The translations under genes and the position numbers were made by a program. The notes beneath the pieces were generated by a model that searched no databases, had not been told where the DNA came from, and saw nothing but the letters and a program-made list of their open reading frames with translations. Shown piece after piece: positions 8,536 to 18,951 of a stretch of DNA of 64,000 nt. Origin of the DNA: an uncultured virus (IMG/VR IMGVR_UViG_3300025708_000562) (taxonomy: Duplodnaviria > Heunggongvirae > Uroviricota > Caudoviricetes); IMG/VR virus record IMGVR_UViG_3300025708_000562; one strand, 5' to 3'. The first letter of the stretch is position 1. Every line of letters begins with the position of its first letter.

Positions 8536-10626
8536 ATGGAGCCGGAAGTTAAGCTGTTCAGCAATCGCAGGACGTTCGTTCGCCCCATGGGTGATCTGAC
8601 CAAGCGTGCGGACGTGGATCTGGGGGGCAATCCGCAGACATGGTTTAGCGCCACGCTGGGTGTATTTGGCACGCAGCATCCCGAGGTATCTGGCGCGCCA
8701 TTTGCCACATCGCTTAGCTTTAAGAAGCAGGACTTAGTTGAGGGTGCCGCCACGGGCACGGTTACGGTCAGCGGTGGGCCACACTTGCTTTCCTTCCCTG
8801 CGATTATCAGGGATGGCAAGCTGGCGCCATTCGACCTAGTTTTCATTGACGACAAGCTGCGCTATGCTGATCCCGGGCTGGTTGCGGCTTACGCCTCCCC
8901 GTATCGCCCCGCGATGGGTATTGCATCTAAGGATGTCCCCGGAGCGCCCGACACGACGGATGCGTTGCATATCGACAAAGTGCTGCCCGGTATGCGCACC
9001 GTGTTGGCATCTTACAGCCTCGACGAGGCGCGCAATGATCTCAGGTTTGAAGATCTCATCGGAACGATGACGGATGATCAGCGCAATAGGATGTTGAAGT
9101 GGGCCATGGCTTATCCCGACTATTGGGGCACCGCTACGGATACCTTCAAGGCGGCTATGCGCACGCTGCATAACCCACCCGCGCCGAAGGCGGCTCCTAA
9201 GGTTGATCCCCTTGCAGAGTCTTGGCATGATACTGCAATAGTCAGGCGCAGCGGGATTAATCGCTATCGCGTGCTCCTAGGCAAGCATGCACACCTGGAT
9301 TGCGCCAGCGTTGACACCGACTCCGCTGGAGTGAGAAAGCTGGCTAAGGCTTACAAGACTGACGCGGACAGCCTCCTAGCGCGCGTTGATCAATTCGACG
9401 ATATCGCTGGCATGCCTGTATGCGTCAGGCGCAATCAGGGTATGCTTGAGAAAACCGCGGCTGATTCGTTGGCATACGAGCTCAGCTCGAGTATTGCCAG
9501 TACGGCCTCGCCGGGTGAAGTCAGCTCTTATGGAACGTATGAAGTGTACTTCAAGGATCGCGGTCCGCAACGCGCACTCGTCCTGCCCGTTGTGGATTGG
9601 GATTTCAAGCGCACGCAGACTAAGCTGGTCATAGCTGACAACACGTTTGCAGTTACCGAGCGTGTATATGGCCGGCCGTCTGTGGGGCGCTTCATTCTGC
9701 CGAAGGGCAATATCAGCAGAGGCGTTTGGGGCGCTTTCGTTTACGAGTCCACCGAGCGCAGCTTCAGCACGATGCCCTTCGAGGTAATAGCGATACGCGA
9801 TACCCCTGCAGGATTAGCCATCGCTGGCGTGGACGTGATATCCAACACTAAGCTCAACCTAGTCAAGGTCCACGGCATCAAGACTATCACTAAGATGGAC
9901 CCCAAGGTCGATCCGGGGTTGTATATGCACGGTCACGTCAATGCATACATCCCCGCGGTGATGGAATTCGTGCCGCTGCCGGCGATGAATGACGCCGTGG
10001 CGCCTGATCCCAGCTCGGTCTTCAAGTCGGCTGCAGCTAACTATGAGATGCTGCTCTCCGACGGCCGCGCGTGGCTCCCCAAGGGGGCGCTTGCTAAGTC
10101 TGCCGGTGTGCAGCATGACACGCTGCCCGAGAAGCGCGTGTTGGATGACGAGCAAACGCTTATGGCGCTAGCTGTAACCGGGCACTACAATACTAAGCTA
10201 GCCCACGGCGTGATATCTGGCGATATCCCCACGCATCTGACACTATCAATGCCGCTAGCCCCTGAAGCGCCCGAAGTCAAGACTGCATCAGCCCCGATGT
10301 GGAGCGATATCGAGCTTGCCAGAGCGGCACATGCGGTTAATCAAGTCACGGACTATGATGCCTTCATGAAGGTGGCAACCACGCAGGGCAATCGCAAGGC
10401 GCTGGACACAATCCTGTCGATCAACGTCATGAGTGATCGCAACATGAAGTACTTCATGGATAACATTGGCATACTGCGTGATTGCGAGACATACTTAGCG
10501 CGACTCTTGCTGATGTCGCGCCTCGCCAACATCGGCGTGGATGAGGCCGACCTCAAGGCGGCGCTCGAAAGCCTAGTTAGTATCAAGAACACCCTAGCTA
10601 GGCTGGGTATGCTCCGCGAGGAGTAG
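8536..10626 (+). CDS. Large putative virion or head-assembly protein with multiple K-x-A motifs
   Basis: About 700 aa; first gene of the block preceding the terminase; EKTAA, FKSAA, AKSAG, VKTAS, MKVAT motifs. Confidence 0.5.
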   Translation: MEPEVKLFSNRRTFVRPMGDLTKRADVDLGGNPQTWFSATLGVFGTQHPEVSGAPFATSLSFKKQDLVEGAATGTVTVSGGPHLLSFPAIIRDGKLAPFDLVFIDDKLRYADPGLVAAYASPYRPAMGIASKDVPGAPDTTDALHIDKVLPGMRTVLASYSLDEARNDLRFEDLIGTMTDDQRNRMLKWAMAYPDYWGTATDTFKAAMRTLHNPPAPKAAPKVDPLAESWHDTAIVRRSGINRYRVLLGKHAHLDCASVDTDSAGVRKLAKAYKTDADSLLARVDQFDDIAGMPVCVRRNQGMLEKTAADSLAYELSSSIASTASPGEVSSYGTYEVYFKDRGPQRALVLPVVDWDFKRTQTKLVIADNTFAVTERVYGRPSVGRFILPKGNISRGVWGAFVYESTERSFSTMPFEVIAIRDTPAGLAIAGVDVISNTKLNLVKVHGIKTITKMDPKVDPGLYMHGHVNAYIPAVMEFVPLPAMNDAVAPDPSSVFKSAAANYEMLLSDGRAWLPKGALAKSAGVQHDTLPEKRVLDDEQTLMALAVTGHYNTKLAHGVISGDIPTHLTLSMPLAPEAPEVKTASAPMWSDIELARAAHAVNQVTDYDAFMKVATTQGNRKALDTILSINVMSDRNMKYFMDNIGILRDCETYLARLLLMSRLANIGVDEADLKAALESLVSIKNTLARLGMLREE

Positions 10627-11586
10627 GTGAATGTGGCGCGCGTGCGCTCAGGGATTCGTCCGGCACTTAAAGTGCCATATGATGGTGCTCTAAAAGCGTT
10701 TGCATACGCCGGGATGCCGTTCAATACGGCATCCCGCATCTTAGACTCCCTGGGATTTCTGCAGCCGCCCGTTGGAGATAATTCGCTAAAGACGCTCTAT
10801 ACATTTCACCGCCAATCGGCGCGTGATATCAATCCCGATTTCAAATTCGCCCGCGGCTTAGCTGAAAGCTTCGGCATTAATCCCATTTACGAATGGGTAT
10901 CGCGTAGCAAGGCGCATGAGACTACCAATGCGCGTATTGACACCATAATGGATGAGATGCGCCAGCCGCTACTGCGCCGCGCGCTTGATATCCTGTTGTA
11001 TCTAGGATGGTCGCCCGAAGAAGTATCTGAAGCGTTGAATACCAAGATCGACGCCCCGATACGTTGCTGGGATGTCGAGGATGTAACCATCTATCGCGAC
11101 TTCTTCTGGAACACGGAGCTGATGGGCGTTAGCGATTGGGAGCAGTACTTGTCCTGGTGGCAAGAAGCCCCCATGGCATATGCCAATAATCACGTCTTCA
11201 GCATGCTGGATAGCAGTCGCGAAGAGCTGCTATGGATGGCTGGCATAACCGAGGGGATCACTCCGCAACAAATGGCTAAAGCTATGATGATGGAGTGCTA
11301 CATCCAGTTCCGCAAGAACTCGTCATCGAGCAATCCCGACTCGGCGATGATGTTAAAGCATATCGACGCATTCCGCAAACTAGCCATGACCTCTAAGGTG
11401 TTGGGAGGTATGGATGAGGAAAGCAGGGGTGCGGCGAGTGATATTATGCAATCCATCAGCGTGTCCTTCAAGGCCCCCGGGGCGCGTGAGCCTATCTCAA
11501 GGGTGGAGCTAGAGGATGGGCCTGTCACGATAACATCGCGTGAGGCTATCACGCTCAATGAAGACGAATCAGATGCAACATCATGA
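10627..11586 (+). CDS. Hypothetical protein, possible terminase small subunit
   Basis: Lies directly upstream of, and overlaps, the large terminase. Confidence 0.4.
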   Translation: MNVARVRSGIRPALKVPYDGALKAFAYAGMPFNTASRILDSLGFLQPPVGDNSLKTLYTFHRQSARDINPDFKFARGLAESFGINPIYEWVSRSKAHETTNARIDTIMDEMRQPLLRRALDILLYLGWSPEEVSEALNTKIDAPIRCWDVEDVTIYRDFFWNTELMGVSDWEQYLSWWQEAPMAYANNHVFSMLDSSREELLWMAGITEGITPQQMAKAMMMECYIQFRKNSSSSNPDSAMMLKHIDAFRKLAMTSKVLGGMDEESRGAASDIMQSISVSFKAPGAREPISRVELEDGPVTITSREAITLNEDESDATS

Positions 11587-14407
11587 AGTATCGCTGTCCA
11601 AATGGGTTCAATCCATACTAACGCTTGACGGCAAGCCGTATTCCCTGGCGGATAGAGGCTACACCCTGCCGTTCTTCGATAACGGATATTCTGAACTGCT
11701 AATGTGTTGCGCCAGGCAGACAGAGAAAACCGTATCTGTAGAGCAACTCGTTTCACTAGACAACGGACGCCTGATTCGGGCGGGAGACGTGTTAATCGGC
11801 CATCGCCTGGCCGCTCTCGACATGGATCAGCTCAAGGCGTCGCATGGCGAGGTGACGTGGCGCTCTCGGGTTTATCGCAAGCCTTGTATCCGCATCAAGA
11901 CGCGCTTAGGGCTAGAAATGGATATTGCCACCACTCATCCGGTCTTGACATTTAATGGCTGGGTAGAGGGTGGCGAGCTAGTCGTGGGGACGCGTGTTGC
12001 TGCGATGTCGCGTGTTGGCGAATTTACCGGGAGCTATCAGTGCGATGATAATGAGCTGACCATTTTAGCTATGTTGATCGGTGATGGCCACATGCTCTCG
12101 GAGTCGTCAGTAGGGTTCACTCAATCTCCCGGGCCGGCATCCGAGGCCTACCAACAAGCGCTTCGTAATCTGGGAATAGACTATCGCGTTTACAATAAGT
12201 TTGGAACTGATTCGGTTTCGTATCGGCATGCCCCGCCACCGCTAGTGGTTCGTTCGGGGCTGATTGGCAGTCGTTCGTCCACTAAGGTTATCCCAGACTT
12301 CGTGTTCGATTTGTCCAGGGAGCAAACAGCTCTATTTCTAAACAGATTATGGAGCACAGATGGAAGCGTAAAACATAACAGGCCATCAATATACGATTTG
12401 GTTTATGCGTCAATGTCTAAGCTCATGGTGCAGCAAGTCCAGGCCCTGCTATGGAAATTCGGAATCCCGTCTCGCATTAGGGAGAATTGGCCCAATATCT
12501 ACAAGCGGCGTGGAGAGCATAGGGTGGCTTATTTGCTTAGGATCGAAACGATAGAGGGTGTGCACCGCTTTTTGTCGGAGATAGGCGCGATAGGTAAAAG
12601 CGAGGGAATATTGCTTCCCGATCTTACGGTCAGGCACATCAACAACCGCCACACCATCCCCGCTGAAGTCGGCGTAATCATGGGGCAAATATACGACATT
12701 GCCCCATTTAGCGATCGAGACATGCGCAAATGTGCATTACATAAAATAGTTACCAAGCCAATTACGCCACGCAAACTCATGCGCTATGTGGATTATTTCC
12801 GGAGAGGCCTTGACCATCCGCTTATCGATAAACTAGAGCGCATTGCCAAGGCTGATGTCGCCTGGGACTCTATTGTGTCCATAGAGGATCTTGGCAAACT
12901 AGACTGTGTGGACTTTACGGTGTCGCCGCATAACAATTTCATCACCGGCGGGATCGTGACACACAACTCCACCATGTTAGCTGCCATGGCGATGGGCTGG
13001 ATGACGGCGTTCCCCAATTTCAACGTTTTATACGGCTGCCCTGATTTGAAAAAGGTACGTCAGTGGAGCCATGACAAGGTGCGCCCGTTTTTTAGCTCTC
13101 CGAAGATTACGCTAGTCACGGGTGGCGCGCCGATACAGTCCAACGTCGAAGTGAAATCCCTGGCCAACGGTTCAACCCTATATATCCGCAATAGCGACCC
13201 CGATGGAGACAATTTCCGCGGAGTGTCCGTGGGGGCTGTATTGGCAGACGAGGTGCAAGACATGGTCGGCAAGGCCATTATCGTTGCAGAAGAGGCCCTG
13301 TCGCACTCTCCATGGCCGATTAAATTCAAGCGCTATTCGGGGACGCCTAAGAGCCTGGACAATACGATCGAAGCCTTATGGCGGCGTTCTACGCAGACGG
13401 AATGGCTCGTGCGATGCCCGCATTGCAGCAAGAGTGACTCGTGCTACAACAACCTGGGGATTGACAACATATCCCCGGCGGGGTTGATATGCTCGCGGTG
13501 CAAAAACCCCATTGACGCACGCACCGGGCGTTGGGTGCATAGTTATCCTCAGCGGTACTTAAAGGGGTTTAGGATTTCGCAGATCATGGTGCCGTGGACG
13601 GATTTTGCAGAGGTATATTACAACAAGCTAGCCACATACTCCACGGCGCTATTCATGAATGAAGTGCTGGGTATAAGCTACGAGTCTGGCGCTAAATATC
13701 TGACGATGGATGAAGTACAACAAGTCTGCGCCGAATCTGGCGAGTATGACATGACGCTCGAGTTGGATAAGGAGGCTAAATCCCACCGCAGGGTGGCTGG
13801 AGTTGACTGGGGTGTCAGCGCCGAGGGCGGGGCCACCACGGTAGTAACCATTGCGGTATGCATCCGCCCGGATAAGATCAAGATCATCTATTGCCGGCGC
13901 CTCCCTCCAGCTATGCCCCTAGACGAGCAGACAGAGGCCGTGCAGGACATATTGGCTAAATACAAAGTCGACTACGTGTGTGCCGATAAAGGCGCCGCAG
14001 GGGACCGCAACTTGCATCTAGCTCACGTAGTGGGCGCGTCGAATATTCTTCAGGTGCATTTCACCGGCAGCGGGACGTTGACTAAGAAGTTCTTCGAGGA
14101 CATAGCTCAGCTTAACCTAAATCGCGTGATGGCCCTATCGGACTTCCGCACGGAGTTTACACGCAGGCGGCATTTCCTGCTGCCTAAGTGGGAGGTGTGG
14201 GAGCCGTTTGCGCAGGATATGCTTACGCAGATTGTGGAGACGGACAGCGGGGGCAATCTCTTATACAACCACCCCGCGGGGACGTTGGATGACGTTTTGA
14301 TGTCCTTGGTCTATGTAAATGTTGCACGTAAGATGGTTTATGGCATGCCGTTAATCAGCACGATTCCCAATAGCACATTCCTGCAAGCTAAGATCGCGCG
14401 TGATTAG
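11573..14407 (+). CDS. terL: Terminase large subunit (gpA-like) interrupted by an intein
   Basis: Spliced Walker A ARQTEK|ST; Walker B LADEVQD; GTPKS; CPHC..CSRC zinc ribbon; nuclease GVDWG; C-terminal DD motif. Confidence 0.9.
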   Translation: MQHHEVSLSKWVQSILTLDGKPYSLADRGYTLPFFDNGYSELLMCCARQTEKTVSVEQLVSLDNGRLIRAGDVLIGHRLAALDMDQLKASHGEVTWRSRVYRKPCIRIKTRLGLEMDIATTHPVLTFNGWVEGGELVVGTRVAAMSRVGEFTGSYQCDDNELTILAMLIGDGHMLSESSVGFTQSPGPASEAYQQALRNLGIDYRVYNKFGTDSVSYRHAPPPLVVRSGLIGSRSSTKVIPDFVFDLSREQTALFLNRLWSTDGSVKHNRPSIYDLVYASMSKLMVQQVQALLWKFGIPSRIRENWPNIYKRRGEHRVAYLLRIETIEGVHRFLSEIGAIGKSEGILLPDLTVRHINNRHTIPAEVGVIMGQIYDIAPFSDRDMRKCALHKIVTKPITPRKLMRYVDYFRRGLDHPLIDKLERIAKADVAWDSIVSIEDLGKLDCVDFTVSPHNNFITGGIVTHNSTMLAAMAMGWMTAFPNFNVLYGCPDLKKVRQWSHDKVRPFFSSPKITLVTGGAPIQSNVEVKSLANGSTLYIRNSDPDGDNFRGVSVGAVLADEVQDMVGKAIIVAEEALSHSPWPIKFKRYSGTPKSLDNTIEALWRRSTQTEWLVRCPHCSKSDSCYNNLGIDNISPAGLICSRCKNPIDARTGRWVHSYPQRYLKGFRISQIMVPWTDFAEVYYNKLATYSTALFMNEVLGISYESGAKYLTMDEVQQVCAESGEYDMTLELDKEAKSHRRVAGVDWGVSAEGGATTVVTIAVCIRPDKIKIIYCRRLPPAMPLDEQTEAVQDILAKYKVDYVCADKGAAGDRNLHLAHVVGASNILQVHFTGSGTLTKKFFEDIAQLNLNRVMALSDFRTEFTRRRHFLLPKWEVWEPFAQDMLTQIVETDSGGNLLYNHPAGTLDDVLMSLVYVNVARKMVYGMPLISTIPNSTFLQAKIARD
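11729..12967 (+). mobile_element. Intein with LAGLIDADG homing endonuclease (413 aa) in the terminase Walker A
   Basis: Ends IVTHN followed by Ser; block B ..TTHP; LAMLIGDG and FLNRLWSTDG endonuclease motifs. Confidence 0.9.
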
Positions 14408-14457
14408 CAATCTTTGACGCACATTCTATACTAGGGTTGTAATGTGGAGGTGCGTGC

Positions 14458-15297
14458 ATGGAAATGACGCGTGAGTATCTGACGCGGAGCGCTCATGAAG
14501 TGCGCGATGCGTTTTTAAAGACGCAAGAAGACCCCACGGCGTCGGTGGTAAATATTGCGCGGTCAGATGACCTTAATGGCGAGCAAGTACGTAGATTGTG
14601 TGAAGCTGCTAACGTGGCCATTAAGCGCTATTTGACTTTTGAGCTAAAGGATCCGCAGGCGACGTTCCCCGTCGTAGACTGGAGAAACGTAATGGAGCAG
14701 TTGGGTTTGCCCCAGACATCGTTTGGATACGTAGATCCAGACGACGATTCGGCCATGAAAGCGGCGGGCATAGACGTGGTGGGGGATGTCCTCAAGGCGG
14801 CATATGAGGGCAACGTCATACAAAAGCACGCCTCGCATCGCGCTGCTACGGCTACGCGTGAAGAGCGCCTCAAGCGTCTTGGAATGCTAAAAGAGGCTAG
14901 AGAGCAGTTGCGGAAAAAGGAATGCGAGCTGGGGGAGGCTGCTGATAAGGCGGTGCGCTCCATCTGGACGCAGCTGCGTGATGATGCCATCAAGACGGGA
15001 AGCATCAACGAGGCGTACACCATAGCCCTCGACAGGGTGGGTTTGCCCTACAAGCTATCCCCGGCGGTGGATGACCTTTTCAGCCGTATGCATAAATCGA
15101 TCTCGAGTAATGTGACTTCAAAGCTAGCAGCTCTTGATGTAACTCCCGTAATCGGGGCCATTAATCCCGATTGGAAGCTGCTAGGCGATCTTACTACATA
15201 CATCGCGAGCAACAAAGCGCGGACCAAGGTGGCAGAGATGATTACCTCTGCCGACGCTAAGATAGACGAAACCCTCAGCGAGCTGTTTGGGAACTAG
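14458..15297 (+). CDS. Putative head-associated protein
   Basis: LNGEQVRRLCEAAN segment; K-x-A motifs; first gene of the head block. Confidence 0.5.
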   Translation: MEMTREYLTRSAHEVRDAFLKTQEDPTASVVNIARSDDLNGEQVRRLCEAANVAIKRYLTFELKDPQATFPVVDWRNVMEQLGLPQTSFGYVDPDDDSAMKAAGIDVVGDVLKAAYEGNVIQKHASHRAATATREERLKRLGMLKEAREQLRKKECELGEAADKAVRSIWTQLRDDAIKTGSINEAYTIALDRVGLPYKLSPAVDDLFSRMHKSISSNVTSKLAALDVTPVIGAINPDWKLLGDLTTYIASNKARTKVAEMITSADAKIDETLSELFGN

Positions 15298-15299
15298 GT

Positions 15300-15680
15300 A
15301 TGGGCAAGCTTTCGGGCATGTTGAAACAAGCCGCGTCGCAGGTGGAATACACGGGCGGAATCGGTTGGGGGCCATACATTGACCCCTGGAGTCGTCCTGG
15401 TTTTGGAGAGCTGATGGGCTCCACCCTGGGCGGCCAGCTTGCCTTTATGGGCGCTAACAGGCTATTCGGAAGGGTGCCTGGGGCAAACTGGCTTACCAAC
15501 CCAGTCATCGGTGGGCTTTCGACTTACTTCAACCGTACCGGAAAGATTCCCTTTACCAATCTCAAGCTATTTAGGGGCGAGATTGACAGGCTTGCTAGCG
15601 ACGCCTATAGCCAGGGTTACGACGCCGGCTGGGCATCGCCTCTAGCGGCTCGCTTTGCAAGGAGAAGGCTGAATGGATAA
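15300..15680 (+). CDS. Putative internal virion protein with K-x-A leader
   Basis: Starts MGKLSGMLKQAAS; Gly-rich hydrophobic segments. Confidence 0.5.
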   Translation: MGKLSGMLKQAASQVEYTGGIGWGPYIDPWSRPGFGELMGSTLGGQLAFMGANRLFGRVPGANWLTNPVIGGLSTYFNRTGKIPFTNLKLFRGEIDRLASDAYSQGYDAGWASPLAARFARRRLNG

Positions 15681-16155
15681 GACTGCTGCTGTAGATAGCG
15701 CCCTGGCGCGTCAGATTTTAACCGGCGTGGCCATTTCTCTAGCATCGAGCTTAGCCGCTTACGGGGCATACGAGGGCATCCGCGGGCTCAGCAGCCAGAT
15801 GCGCGATCGCGTTAACAAGGCCACGGCTTGGAATAAGCTGCGCTCGGAATATCCCGAGTTGGGTGGCGAGGGCGAAGAGGGCAACCGGCGTATATTTGAT
15901 AGCATCTATCAAGTAGCCCCCTCTGTAGCGCGCACCCCGGGGATAGTGATTCCCCTCATTCGTCAGGCTAAGGAATATTCCACGGGCGGGCTTGATGCTA
16001 GCACGCTGAAGAGCCTAGCAGACATCCAGCAGTCTAACACAGATACTAGGTCACTGCCGCTGAGCGTCATGAAGCTCTTCACTCCCGGGCTTACCATGAA
16101 AGACCTGGCCAATATCGACACTCCAACGACCACGGCGATAACGGTGCCGTTCTGA
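15673..16155 (+). CDS. Putative virion protein
   Basis: MDKTAA start followed by a hydrophobic helix; in the head operon. Confidence 0.5.
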   Translation: MDKTAAVDSALARQILTGVAISLASSLAAYGAYEGIRGLSSQMRDRVNKATAWNKLRSEYPELGGEGEEGNRRIFDSIYQVAPSVARTPGIVIPLIRQAKEYSTGGLDASTLKSLADIQQSNTDTRSLPLSVMKLFTPGLTMKDLANIDTPTTTAITVPF

Positions 16156-16156
16156 T

Positions 16157-17563
16157 ATGGCTTCTCTCAAGCACACCGTATTTCAGGGATATGGCGCCGA
16201 CGGCCCATATGTGCATATCCTGAAGACTGCAGGGGCACACTTTACCCCGCCTGAAGGCGTGAAGATGCAGCCCGACATGGTGCGCTTCATGGACTCCATC
16301 AAGATAGACACCGAGAAGAACTCCTACATGCTGATCAACGCCATGGGGGCTAGTGAGTTTTGGGGCGCCAATCTCAACGGAGATGCTTTCCTCGAAGAGG
16401 ATCTTAAGCTATACCATAAGACCTTCGAGCAGGGGCATGTTTATACGGATCACGACAATAACGACCCGTCTAAAGCAATGGGGCGCATACTGTTTGCGAC
16501 ATACAACGACACCATGCACCGCGTTGAGTTGCTAGTGGCGCTAGACCGGTCAGACCCCAGGACGATTAAGTTGTTGCGCCAGATTGAAGACGGCATGATC
16601 CCGCGTGTCAGCATGGGCACGCGTGTTCTATACGACCAATGCTCCATCTGTGGTCATAAGGCCCCCACTCGGGAAGATTACTGCGAGCACGCCAAGCACT
16701 CGCTGGGCAAGCTCCTGCCTGACGGGAGGCGTGTCAGCGTGTTGAACCCCAATCCTCGTTTTTTTGAGATCTCGCTCCTATCGGGAGTGGAGGCAGATCC
16801 TTCTTCGAGTTGGATGGCCAAGGTGGCCTCCAAGCTGAGCCGCAAGTTGCGCGAGTATCAGTCTAAAGAGTCGGCTATTGACAAAGAGGTGGTTGATAGC
16901 ACCTCCGCAGGGCAGAGTATTGACGACGTGATGTCTGGCAATCGCAAACTCATCGAGGTTGGTCGCAAGGCCGATGAGCGTCAGAGCGATATGCCATTTG
17001 ACGATCTAGAGGACATGTGCCGCTGCTTTGATGATGACGAGATCCTGGGTACTGCGGCTGGAATGGGCATTAAAATCCGCCCGTCGGAGTTTTCGTACAT
17101 TAAGATGCGCCCCGTTGTGGGTCCAGATCGTGCTCGCATTATAGTGCGTCATGTCAAAATGATACGCACGCCAACGCTGCTGGCTATCAAAAACGCATCA
17201 CTCTCTCCGATGTCGCTGCGCTGGAGCGATGGGGTGGCCGATATGTTGGCCCCGCACATGAACAGCCGGTCGATGCTGCGCTCCTACGAGCAGCGTGGAG
17301 CGTTCCCGCTAGTTAAGCATGCAGATACGCGTGTATTACAGCCTAATCCCGATCTGGAGCAGGCTTATGCGCAATATATAGGCACGATACTAAAGGGGGC
17401 CATGCTTTTGAATAGAATGCCGGAATCGCTGGACCGCAAGGTCGGATTGATTCCAGAGCACACGCTAATGGAGATTGACAGTCGCGCCAAGCTGGCTTCT
17501 GCTGTGGCCAGCTATGACCTTATGGCGCTCAATGCTCTATATGGAGCTTACATCAAGGGTTAA
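16157..17563 (+). CDS. Putative prohead maturation protease with zinc-binding motif
   Basis: N.NGDAF, HxN.DP, VSMG, CSICG..C.H and FFEIS resemble the HK97-type/assemblin His/Ser arrangement; located upstream of scaffold-like and capsid genes. Confidence 0.55.
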   Translation: MASLKHTVFQGYGADGPYVHILKTAGAHFTPPEGVKMQPDMVRFMDSIKIDTEKNSYMLINAMGASEFWGANLNGDAFLEEDLKLYHKTFEQGHVYTDHDNNDPSKAMGRILFATYNDTMHRVELLVALDRSDPRTIKLLRQIEDGMIPRVSMGTRVLYDQCSICGHKAPTREDYCEHAKHSLGKLLPDGRRVSVLNPNPRFFEISLLSGVEADPSSSWMAKVASKLSRKLREYQSKESAIDKEVVDSTSAGQSIDDVMSGNRKLIEVGRKADERQSDMPFDDLEDMCRCFDDDEILGTAAGMGIKIRPSEFSYIKMRPVVGPDRARIIVRHVKMIRTPTLLAIKNASLSPMSLRWSDGVADMLAPHMNSRSMLRSYEQRGAFPLVKHADTRVLQPNPDLEQAYAQYIGTILKGAMLLNRMPESLDRKVGLIPEHTLMEIDSRAKLASAVASYDLMALNALYGAYIKG

Positions 17564-17575
17564 GATATGCATTTC

Positions 17576-17603
17576 TTGACAGATTTGCGCATCGTGCTAA
17601 ACT
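17576..17603 (+). promoter_or_regulatory. Sigma70-like promoter of the scaffold/capsid unit
   Basis: TTGACA-16 nt-TAAACT with TG extension. Confidence 0.5.
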
Positions 17604-17645
17604 GTACGCATAAGACTATGACACGTGTCGTTGGGAGGTAATGAT

Positions 17646-18248
17646 ATGCCGCGTGTTGCGCCGCGAGACGCCAATGAGATCGACAGGCTCGTCATGGGGG
17701 CTCCCAAGACGAGTAGCGCTAGAGTGAGAGAGCTCTTGGACCTAGGCATGCAGCAAGAGGCATTGCAGCTGATTGATCACATGCCATACGAAGAGGTGCA
17801 GAAGCTGGCGGGCTTGCTGAAGGAGTCCGAGGAGACGGCTGCCCCTGATGTACCCGCCGAGAACGGCCCCGACAATCCAGCTAAGCCTTCCACCGAGGAT
17901 GTTAGCGACACCACGGGCGACAAGGCTGGCAATCCGCCCGTTCCCACGGAGGGCGATCCCAAGTCCAATCTTGAGGGCTCTAAGGAAGCCAGGGTCAAAA
18001 GGGCTGAAGAGGGATGCAAGTCCGAGGGTGACGACGAGGCTCCTATCGACGAAAACGCCCCGGCCATCTCGGAGGATGGCACGCCAACGCCTGAAGCCGA
18101 GAAGGCTGCCCGTCTGGGTTATCTTAATGGTCTGAAGATAGCATCCAAGGCCATCCTGGTCAGGGCGGCCCAGTATAAGGCAATGACGAAGCAGGCGGCA
18201 CAAAACCCGCAGGCTCAGCTCGAGCGTCTTCTCGACGCGCTACTGTAG
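17646..18248 (+). CDS. Scaffold-like acidic, disordered head protein
   Basis: Pro/Glu/Asp-rich; multiple K-x-A motifs; GGGAGG SD. Confidence 0.5.
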   Translation: MPRVAPRDANEIDRLVMGAPKTSSARVRELLDLGMQQEALQLIDHMPYEEVQKLAGLLKESEETAAPDVPAENGPDNPAKPSTEDVSDTTGDKAGNPPVPTEGDPKSNLEGSKEARVKRAEEGCKSEGDDEAPIDENAPAISEDGTPTPEAEKAARLGYLNGLKIASKAILVRAAQYKAMTKQAAQNPQAQLERLLDALL

Positions 18249-18256
18249 GAGGAATC

Positions 18257-18667
18257 ATGGGAACGGTTAGCGAGATGTCCGGGTTGGTTAAGGCCGCTAG
18301 CGCACTGACCGCTGGGGATGTTTACAAGGCCGCCACTGCACGCGCTGCCACTGATCTAATGCAGAAGGTCGCCATCGTCAAGCTGGCTGAGGATCCTGAG
18401 GTCGCCGAGGCCCTAGCCGAGGCTATGGGTGGAGTTGAGGACATGCCCGAAGAGGATGTCGCCCTAGAGGACGAGGGCGATCCCGAGCTCACCGACGCCT
18501 TGCTTGAGGCCTATGCGGCTCCCGATGAGGTTGATGACGAGGACCGCGAGGCGCTGCTTTCTACCGCCGAGGCTCTAGAGGATGAGGAGAAGGCCGCGGG
18601 GCTGGCTATGCCGACCACGCGTGACTATGTCTACGCAATTCTCAAGAGCGCTGGGGTGATAGAGTAG
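18257..18667 (+). CDS. Acidic scaffold-like head protein
   Basis: E/D-rich; six K-x-A motifs. Confidence 0.5.
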   Translation: MGTVSEMSGLVKAASALTAGDVYKAATARAATDLMQKVAIVKLAEDPEVAEALAEAMGGVEDMPEEDVALEDEGDPELTDALLEAYAAPDEVDDEDREALLSTAEALEDEEKAAGLAMPTTRDYVYAILKSAGVIE

Positions 18668-18668
18668 C

Positions 18669-18947
18669 ATGTCGCTAAGCTGGGCTGAGATTGACGAGTT
18701 GCTGAAAAGCGCCAGCGTTGATGCGGCCCAGGTGAAGACATCTAACGCCGAGCTGATAGACCGCCTTGTCCACACGGCTGAAGCCCTGGACAAGGTGGCC
18801 AGATCAAGTGATGGAGGGGCGGCGCTGGACAAGTATCTGCGTGATATCTTCTCCGGCGAGGATGTCAGCACGCAAGAGCTGGCTCTGCGTGAAAGCATCA
18901 AGAACCGCATCACGCAACTGGGCATGATAGCAGCCCCGTCAGCGTAG
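18669..18947 (+). CDS. Small head-operon protein
   Basis: LLKSAS, VKTS, DKVA motifs. Confidence 0.5.
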   Translation: MSLSWAEIDELLKSASVDAAQVKTSNAELIDRLVHTAEALDKVARSSDGGAALDKYLRDIFSGEDVSTQELALRESIKNRITQLGMIAAPSA

Positions 18948-18951
18948 GACG

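Noticed and set aside
8536..10626. Portal protein assignment
   Set aside because: No recognisable portal motif; size and position alone are insufficient
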